Position numbers and translations under genes: made by a program
Shown: positions 57,648-64,000 of the stretch, in pieces
Layout: every line of letters starts with the position of its first letter
Position numbering within the stretch: the stretch's first letter is position 1
The notes under the pieces: generated by a model
The model's database searches: none
What the model saw: only the letters and a program-made list of their open reading frames with translations
What the model was told of the DNA's origin: nothing
Source of the DNA: Acidimicrobiia bacterium
GTDB taxonomy: Bacteria; Actinomycetota; Acidimicrobiia; Spongiisociales; Spongiisociaceae
Assembly: GCA_003229305.1 (NCBI GenBank)
Contig: QIDH01000057.1
Location: 1,702-65,701 of the forward strand
Length of the DNA stretch: 64,000 nucleotides
Direction: 5' to 3'

Positions 57648-57931
57648 CAGATGCGCCGATTCCGCTCAGCCCACCAGAGGGCGTAGATGCCAAGCGCCAT
57701 GGGTATCAGCCACGCACCAGAACCGATGAGGTCCCTGGCGAAACGTGGGAGCCGAGCGACGAACCCGGCCTGCACGATCCTGGAAGGAAGCCAAACGGTG
57801 GCGACCACGAAGTAGATGACGATCACCGCGGTTTTCAGCCAAGCCTTCGTCCAAGAAAGCTGAACCCGGTCGATCTCGCGAAACAAGCCACGGGAGGGCT
57901 GATCGGCGCCTTGTTTGGGACCTGGCTGCAT
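57647..57931 (-). CDS. Small two-TM membrane protein, first gene of the Rieske/cytb operon
   Basis: Two hydrophobic segments; GAGGA RBS; TGATG coupling to the flavoprotein. Confidence 0.75.
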   Translation of the reverse strand: MQPGPKQGADQPSRGLFREIDRVQLSWTKAWLKTAVIVIYFVVATVWLPSRIVQAGFVARLPRFARDLIGSGAWLIPMALGIYALWWAERNRRI

Positions 57932-58070
57932 CGCGTGTTCCTCTCTCGAGTGACCCGAAGATGACCTATGTGCATCTTGGTCGATGATCGGTCGAGAGGC
58001 GAACTGAGGGCAGGGTCGACACTGAAGGCGTCCGGGTGAACGTCTGCAATCGTTGGAAATGTGGAGCTGT

Positions 58071-58553
58071 CTATCCGTTCACGCTGGCTGTAACCAATAC
58101 CTGATCGTCGGCCTTTGCGACCAACACGTTGAAACCCAGGTCCGCATTGAAGAAGCTAGCGTTCGCAGAAGCTCCTGTTGCGGTGAACGTTCCGGTTTCG
58201 CCATCGGTGCCATCCAGCCAGTCCTGGTAAAACTCAACCAGGCCGTCGTACCTATCGATCGGGTAGGTCAAAGTGACCAGCTGAAGAGAAGCCTGAGAGG
58301 CAGATGACAGAATTTCGCCTCCGTCCGGAATAGGAATTGGAAAGCCGTCGGGGATTTCGCCGCCGCCGAAGGTGAGAGAACCTCCGCCTTCGTCGTCGGT
58401 GAATTCGACGGTGGCTTCGCCGGTGTCAGGGTCGATGTCGAAATTTTCGATCCCGGGATTGTTCTCGGCTACCTGCTCTGCGATGGTTTCTGCTGCGCTG
58501 CCACAGGCAGCGGCGATGAGTGCCAACGCGGCTATCAGAACGAATCTTCGCAC
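58071..58553 (-). CDS. Acidic lipoprotein of unknown function
   Basis: MRRFVLIAALALIAAAC lipobox; GGAG RBS. Confidence 0.8.
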   Translation of the reverse strand: MRRFVLIAALALIAAACGSAAETIAEQVAENNPGIENFDIDPDTGEATVEFTDDEGGGSLTFGGGEIPDGFPIPIPDGGEILSSASQASLQLVTLTYPIDRYDGLVEFYQDWLDGTDGETGTFTATGASANASFFNADLGFNVLVAKADDQVLVTASVNG

Positions 58554-58689
58554 GACAGGATCTCCCTTGTGTCGGCCCATTGGTCGGAATCATAGTTTGT
58601 GCGGTGCCCCTGTCGCGGGTTGGATTGGACACTGCATAAAACGGATCAGGGTTTCTAACATCGTTTTGGTCTTGGATGAGAGGCGGTAG

Positions 58690-59634
58690 GTGGCGCTGTT
58701 TACATTGCGGAGGTTGGCGATCTTCGTCGTCAGTTTGTGGGCGGCTTCGGTGATCGTCTTCGCTCTCCTCTCGGTGCTTCCAGGCGATCCGGCCGCGGTC
58801 ATCCTCGGCACCCAGGCGACGCCAGAGTCGCTGGCGAGTCTGCGGTCGGAGCTTGGCCTTGACCGACCGGTGGTTGTGCAATACCTCGACTGGTCGGGAG
58901 ATCTACTGCGCGGCGACTTCGGGACTTCATATATCAACCGCCTCTCGATAGGCAGGCAGATCGTGGATCGCCTCACGGTCACCGTTCCACTGGCCCTGAT
59001 GGGAATCGCTCTGGCGGTTCTGGTGGCCGTCCCCGCCGGTGTACTGGCCGCAGCTCGCCATCGCAAGGCCACCGACACCGTTGTCTCGACTCTCAGCCAG
59101 CTCGGCCTCGCAGTCCCGGCGTTCTGGGCCGGCCTGGTCTTCGTGACCTTCCTGGCGGTGCGCTGGCGGATATTTCCGGCAGGCGGATTCCCCGGCTGGT
59201 CTGACGATTTTCTGGGATCGCTCAAAGCTCTGGTACTCCCGTCCGTGTCCCTGGCGCTCGTTCAGGGTGCGATCCTGGCCCGCTACGTTCGGTCTGCGGT
59301 CCTCGAAGTGATGAACGAAGACTTCATCCGCACCGCCAGGGCCAAAGGCCTGACCCGCACCGGTGCTCTTTGGCGACATGGTCTTCGCAATGCGGCGATC
59401 CCGGTTGTGACAATTCTCGGTCTCCAGCTTGCTGCCCTGCTGGCGGGGACGGTCGTGATCGAGAGCGTCTTTGTTCTGCCAGGCCTCGGCAATCTCCTGT
59501 TGCAGGCGATCAGTCGCCGTGACCTCTTGCTGGTTCAAGGGGCGGCTTTCGTGATCGCCGCGATCATCCTGTTGGTCAACCTGATCGTCGACCTCAGCTA
59601 CCCGCTGATCGACCCAAGAGTGCGCCGCAGATGA
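58690..59634 (+). CDS. Peptide/nickel ABC transporter permease (DppB-like)
   Basis: LPGDPA, LGLDRP, EDFIRTARAKG, HGLRNA, IDPRV. Confidence 0.95.
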   Translation: MALFTLRRLAIFVVSLWAASVIVFALLSVLPGDPAAVILGTQATPESLASLRSELGLDRPVVVQYLDWSGDLLRGDFGTSYINRLSIGRQIVDRLTVTVPLALMGIALAVLVAVPAGVLAAARHRKATDTVVSTLSQLGLAVPAFWAGLVFVTFLAVRWRIFPAGGFPGWSDDFLGSLKALVLPSVSLALVQGAILARYVRSAVLEVMNEDFIRTARAKGLTRTGALWRHGLRNAAIPVVTILGLQLAALLAGTVVIESVFVLPGLGNLLLQAISRRDLLLVQGAAFVIAAIILLVNLIVDLSYPLIDPRVRRR

Positions 59635-60500
59635 GCGATGTTGGCCAGGATATGAGGCGCTCGTCAAGAGGTCGTCTGAGGTGGCGGCGAGTTAACCTCG
59701 TTGTGGGTTTGGTTCTGGTGGGAGTTGTTGTGGTGACCGCATTCGTGTCGTTCTTCTGGACCCCATTCGACCCCGAACAGGTCACGGTGGCCGATCGATT
59801 CTACGGAGTCGGCGAGGCTGGTCACTGGCTGGGTACCGACCAGCTGGGTCGCGATATCGTGAGCAAGCTGATGGTCGGCTCCCGAAACACCCTGTTTGTG
59901 GGAGTGCTGGCAGTAGGAATCGCCATCGTCGTGGGAATCCCGCTCGGCGGCCTGGCCGCGACGCGGCGAGGATGGGTCGAAGAGCTGGTGATGCGCTTGT
60001 CCGACCTGATGTTCGCCTTTCCTGCTGTGCTGTTGGCGATCCTCTTGGTCGGGGCGCTCGGACCGTCAACCAGGTCGGCGATGATCGCCATTGGATTCGC
60101 CTACGTCCCCATCGTCGCAAGGGTCACCAGGGGAGCGGCCCTGCCGGTTTTGGAAAGGGACTTCGTACTCGCGGCCAGAAGCTACGGGCGAGGCCGGGCG
60201 TTCATCTTCGTTCGCCATGTCCTACCCAACATCGCATCGGTGTTGATCGTGCAGGCGACGGTTCTGTTTGCACTCGCCATCCTCGCCGAAGCGGCGCTGT
60301 CGTTCCTCGGAATCGGCACCCAACCCCCTACTCCATCGTGGGGGAGGAGCCTCAACGATGCCCAGACCTTCATATCGGTGGCGCCGACGCTGGCGTTGTG
60401 GCCTGGTCTGGCGATCGCCCTTTCTGTCCTCGGATTCAACCTTCTGGGCGACGGTCTGCGTGACGCCCTCGACCCGCGGCTCGAAGTCGGGCGGACCTGA
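59631..60500 (+). CDS. Peptide/nickel ABC transporter permease (DppC-like)
   Basis: HWLGTDQLGRD, RHVLPN, EAALSFLG, NLLGDGLRDALDP. Confidence 0.95.
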   Translation: MSDVGQDMRRSSRGRLRWRRVNLVVGLVLVGVVVVTAFVSFFWTPFDPEQVTVADRFYGVGEAGHWLGTDQLGRDIVSKLMVGSRNTLFVGVLAVGIAIVVGIPLGGLAATRRGWVEELVMRLSDLMFAFPAVLLAILLVGALGPSTRSAMIAIGFAYVPIVARVTRGAALPVLERDFVLAARSYGRGRAFIFVRHVLPNIASVLIVQATVLFALAILAEAALSFLGIGTQPPTPSWGRSLNDAQTFISVAPTLALWPGLAIALSVLGFNLLGDGLRDALDPRLEVGRT

Positions 60501-62122
60501 TGGGGCCAGTCCTGAGAGTCGACGGCCTCACGGTTGAGGCCGGCCCATCGACCCTGGTCGACGCAATCGGTTTCAGTATCGAGCCTGGGGATCGACTCGG
60601 CCTGATCGGCGAATCGGGTTCGGGCAAAACCATGACCGCTCTGGCCGTGATGGGGCTCCTGCCTGAGGGTGTGCACGCCTCCGGCCAGGTCACGTTTGGC
60701 GGGTCAGATCTCCTCAGGCTTTCCGAAACAGAATTGTGCACCGTGCGAGGCAACGGAATTTCGATGGTCTTCCAGGAGCCGATGACCGCGCTGAACCCGC
60801 TGATGAGGGTCGGGCACCAGATCGCCGAGGCGCTATCGATCCACCAGGGCACGCCGAAGGTCGAAGCCAGGCGCCTGGCCGTGGAGGCACTGGCCAGGGT
60901 GGGCATCCCAGATGTCGCGGCCAAGGCTAGGGCATACCCTCACGAGCTATCCGGCGGCCAGAGACAGAGGGTGATGATCGCGATGGCGATCGCCTGCGGG
61001 CCGGATTTGATCATCGCAGATGAGCCGACCACTGCGCTCGACGTCACCGTCCAAGCCCAGGTGCTCGGACTACTCGACGACCTGATCAGCACCGGCGAAA
61101 CCGCCCTGTTGCTGATCACTCACGACCTGCCGGTGGTTGCCGGCATGTGTCAGCGTGTCCTGGTCATGCACGAAGGAGTGATCGTCGAGGAGGGGGAGAC
61201 GGCCGACGTGTTTGCCGACCCTACGGAGGCCTACACAGCCGAGCTTGTGGCCTCTGTGCCGGAATTGAGTCGGACCGCAGCGATCCCTCCGACTTCTTCG
61301 GTGGCCCTGCTGACAGGGGAGGAAGCCCTGATCAGGGTGGAAGGGGTGACCCGCACATTCGGGCTTCCTCGCGCGTCGCTGGCCGAGCGGGCCCGCAGGC
61401 TGACCGCGGTCGACGATGTCGGGTTCAGCGTTCTGACCGGGGAAACGTTCGGCATCGTCGGTGAGTCAGGTTCCGGCAAGACGACGCTGGCCCGGATGCT
61501 GGTTGGGCTCGACCACCCGGATCGAGGAATCATCGAGGTGGCAGGCATGGCGGTGGCCGGTGCGAAGGATCGCGAGCTCGGTGAGCTGCGACGGATGGCC
61601 CAGATGATCTTTCAGGATCCGATGGGTTCGCTCGATCCCCGGATGAAAGTGGGTGATGTCATCGCAGAGCCGTTGCGGGCACTACGGATCGATGGCGATC
61701 ATCAGGCCAGGGTGGCGGACCTCTTGGAAGCGGTGGCCCTCCCGGTCGACTCGGCCGGCCGCTACGCACATGAGTTTTCCGGCGGTCAGCGTCAGCGCAT
61801 CGCCATCGCCAGGGCTCTCGCCCCCCGGCCCCGCCTGCTGATTGCCGACGAGCCGGTCAGCGCCCTCGACATGACGGTGCAGACGATCACTCTCCAGATC
61901 CTGGCCGACTTGAAGGAGCGATTCGATCTGACCATGGTGTTCATCTCGCACGACCTGTCCGTGGTCTATGAGATATGTGATCGGGTCGCAGTGATGAAGG
62001 ACGGCAAGATCGTTGAGCTCGGGCCGGCCACGGAGCTGTATGCGAACCCATCCCATCCGTATACCGCAGGTTTGATCAACGCCATCCCCCGCCTCGACGG
62101 CACTCTTCCGAGGGCAGGGTGA
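60500..62122 (+). CDS. Peptide ABC transporter fused double ATPase
   Basis: Two GESGSGKT Walker A motifs; LSGGQRQR and FSGGQRQR. Confidence 0.95.
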   Translation: MGPVLRVDGLTVEAGPSTLVDAIGFSIEPGDRLGLIGESGSGKTMTALAVMGLLPEGVHASGQVTFGGSDLLRLSETELCTVRGNGISMVFQEPMTALNPLMRVGHQIAEALSIHQGTPKVEARRLAVEALARVGIPDVAAKARAYPHELSGGQRQRVMIAMAIACGPDLIIADEPTTALDVTVQAQVLGLLDDLISTGETALLLITHDLPVVAGMCQRVLVMHEGVIVEEGETADVFADPTEAYTAELVASVPELSRTAAIPPTSSVALLTGEEALIRVEGVTRTFGLPRASLAERARRLTAVDDVGFSVLTGETFGIVGESGSGKTTLARMLVGLDHPDRGIIEVAGMAVAGAKDRELGELRRMAQMIFQDPMGSLDPRMKVGDVIAEPLRALRIDGDHQARVADLLEAVALPVDSAGRYAHEFSGGQRQRIAIARALAPRPRLLIADEPVSALDMTVQTITLQILADLKERFDLTMVFISHDLSVVYEICDRVAVMKDGKIVELGPATELYANPSHPYTAGLINAIPRLDGTLPRAG

Positions 62123-62187
62123 TTTCGCCTTCAAGGAATGTGATTGGTGCGTATGATCGGCGCCCGGTGTCCAGTGATGAGGTGCGT

Positions 62188-63675
62188 ATGAAGCTGCGTC
62201 GATTGATTGCCCTGATTTCTGTCATGGCGTTGTTGGCTGCCGCCTGCGGCGGCGGAACCGCCGCTTCTTCCCAAAAAGAGGTCATCATCGGGCTCCAGCT
62301 TGAGCCGCCGACGCTCGATCTGACCGCCAGCCCGGCGGCCGGGATTCCCCAGGTCCTCCTCTACAACGTGTACGAGGGTTTGGTGAAGCTCGACGAGGCC
62401 GGTGCCATCCAGCCGCTGCTCGCCGAATCATGGGAACTGAACGACGACGGCACCGAGTACACGTTCTCTCTGGTGGAGGCCCAGTTCCACAACGGCGATC
62501 CCTTCACCGCCGACGACGTCGTGTTCTCGATCAACAACGTCATCGGCGAAGGGTCGGAGCACCCATTCAAGGAAACTCTGGCTTCGATCGAGTCTGTCGA
62601 GGCAGTCGACGAGCGCACCGTCAAGATCACGCTTTCGGCGTTCAGCGCCAACTTGCTGTTCTTCTTGACTCAAGGCCAGGGTGTGATTCTCAACCAGAAC
62701 GCCATCGCCGACATCGCAACCAATCCGGACGGCACCGGACCGTTCATGTTTGACAACCAGGTACCTGGCGATTCGATCACTCTCGTGGCGAACACCGACT
62801 ATTGGGGCACGGCGGCTCCGCTGGAGCAGGTGACCTACCGATACATCAACGACCCAAATGCCCTCAACAACGCGATGCTGGCCGGCGACATCGACATCCT
62901 GGCCGGGGTGTCGGCACCGGAGCTGCTCGAGAGCTTCCAGGACAATTCGGATTTTGACGTCTACACAGGACTTACCAATGGCGAGGTGACTCTTGCGATC
63001 AACGGCGCAAACGCGCCACTTGATGATCTACGGGTTCGCCAGGCGATAAACACCGCCATCGACTCGCAGGCGATCATTGACGGCGCCTACTTCGGTTACG
63101 GCACTCAGATCGGCTCGCACACGACGCCACTGGATCCCTACTACATCGACCTGACCGATGTGTATCCGTACGACCCTGATGAAGCCCGCAACCTCCTGGC
63201 TGAAGCCGGAGTGGAAGATTTGACCCTGCGGCTGCTGTTGCCGCCGGTGTCATACGCGACAAGGGGCGGAGAGATCGTCGCGTCCCAGCTCGAAGACGTG
63301 GGCATCAACGTCGAGATCAGCAACGTCGAATGGGGTGTTTGGCTCGAGGACGTGTTCAACGGTGACAACTACGATCTCTCGATCGTCGCCCACGTCGAGC
63401 CCCGCGATATCGGCCAGTACGGCAACCCCGACTATTACTGGGCCTACGACAACCCTGAGGTGGCCGCGATGCTGAAAGAGGCAGACGCCGAGCCGGACGA
63501 GGGCGCTCGCAACGACATCTACGGCAATATCCAGCGGGAGATCACAGCTGACGCGGCGAACGCCTGGCTGTTCTTGCTGCCTTCTCTGAGCGTGACCAAG
63601 GCGGGCATAAGCGGCTACATCGCCAACGCTCCTGGGTTGTCACTCGACATCACCCAGCTCGCTTTCAATCCGTGA
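62188..63675 (+). CDS. Peptide ABC transporter substrate-binding lipoprotein (SBP family 5)
   Basis: Lipobox LAAAC, YEGLV, PLLAESW, FHNGDPFTADDV, GTGPF. Confidence 0.95.
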   Translation: MKLRRLIALISVMALLAAACGGGTAASSQKEVIIGLQLEPPTLDLTASPAAGIPQVLLYNVYEGLVKLDEAGAIQPLLAESWELNDDGTEYTFSLVEAQFHNGDPFTADDVVFSINNVIGEGSEHPFKETLASIESVEAVDERTVKITLSAFSANLLFFLTQGQGVILNQNAIADIATNPDGTGPFMFDNQVPGDSITLVANTDYWGTAAPLEQVTYRYINDPNALNNAMLAGDIDILAGVSAPELLESFQDNSDFDVYTGLTNGEVTLAINGANAPLDDLRVRQAINTAIDSQAIIDGAYFGYGTQIGSHTTPLDPYYIDLTDVYPYDPDEARNLLAEAGVEDLTLRLLLPPVSYATRGGEIVASQLEDVGINVEISNVEWGVWLEDVFNGDNYDLSIVAHVEPRDIGQYGNPDYYWAYDNPEVAAMLKEADAEPDEGARNDIYGNIQREITADAANAWLFLLPSLSVTKAGISGYIANAPGLSLDITQLAFNP

Positions 63676-64000
63676 TCGGAGGGGGCCCCGCAGTAGACCA
63701 CTCGGCCGTCATCGAACTTACCCGCCGCCTGGTCCGGATCCCTTCCGTGAACCGGGACGGGGAGCGTGAAGCAGGGGCGGCCGTGCTGGTGGCCGGAGTC
63801 ATGCGCGGCTTCGGTTGGGATCCGGTGATCGACGAGGTCGCCCCTGGTCGCCCAAACGTGATCGCCAGGGTGGAGGGAGGCCGTCCAGGACCCACCCTCA
63901 TGTTCGAAGGACATACAGATGTCGTGACCGAGGGCGATCGCTCGGCCTGGTCGGTCGATCCCTTCGGCGGCGAGGTAATCGACGGTCGCCTACATGGGAG
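63672..64000 (+). CDS. M20 family metallopeptidase (ArgE/DapE-like), truncated by the window end
   Basis: GTGA overlap; LVRIPSVN, GRPNVIA, FEGHTDVV, WSVDPFGG..DGRLHG. Confidence 0.88.
   Translation, partial: MIGGGPAVDHSAVIELTRRLVRIPSVNRDGEREAGAAVLVAGVMRGFGWDPVIDEVAPGRPNVIARVEGGRPGPTLMFEGHTDVVTEGDRSAWSVDPFGGEVIDGRLHG

Noticed and set aside
1-64000. Numerous 60-400 aa alternative-frame and antisense ORFs; tRNA, rRNA, transposase or selenoprotein genes
   Set aside because: The ORFs are high-GC shadows without family motifs; no T-loop or cloverleaf, rRNA, DDE or integrase motif, or convincing in-frame UGA was seen

Overview
This is a high-GC, gene-dense chromosomal window. Its content points to an actinobacterium, most plausibly Acidimicrobiia (inference from AdnAB, MMPL, a DUF222-HNH gene with an actinobacterial LexA box, and many leaderless promoters). 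It is mostly metabolic and housekeeping: a TetR-controlled ABC/MMPL efflux regulon, glucan enzymes, beta-oxidation genes, a decayed pfkA, an NfuA/PhnD-like/Na-Pi/PhoU block, polX, plsB with E1 alpha/beta, dtd, adnAB, vapBC, menA, arfB, an ECF sigma/anti-sigma pair and a peptide ABC transporter. Three things stand out. (1) A translationally coupled six-gene operon (53512-57931) joins a b6f-type split Rieske/cytochrome b complex (APWY instead of PEWY, no heme-ci Cys) to a soluble multi-[4Fe-4S] NAD(P)H flavoprotein. (2) A SAM-II riboswitch, a class mainly known from Proteobacteria and Bacteroidota, precedes an alphaproteobacterial-type stand-alone Bmt homocysteine methyltransferase. (3) A DUF222-HNH element has stacked PafBC-type and LexA DNA-damage signals, a strand-skewed tail and a heptamer repeat. 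No rRNA, tRNA or CRISPR array was seen. All calls come from reading the sequence by eye; no searches were run.
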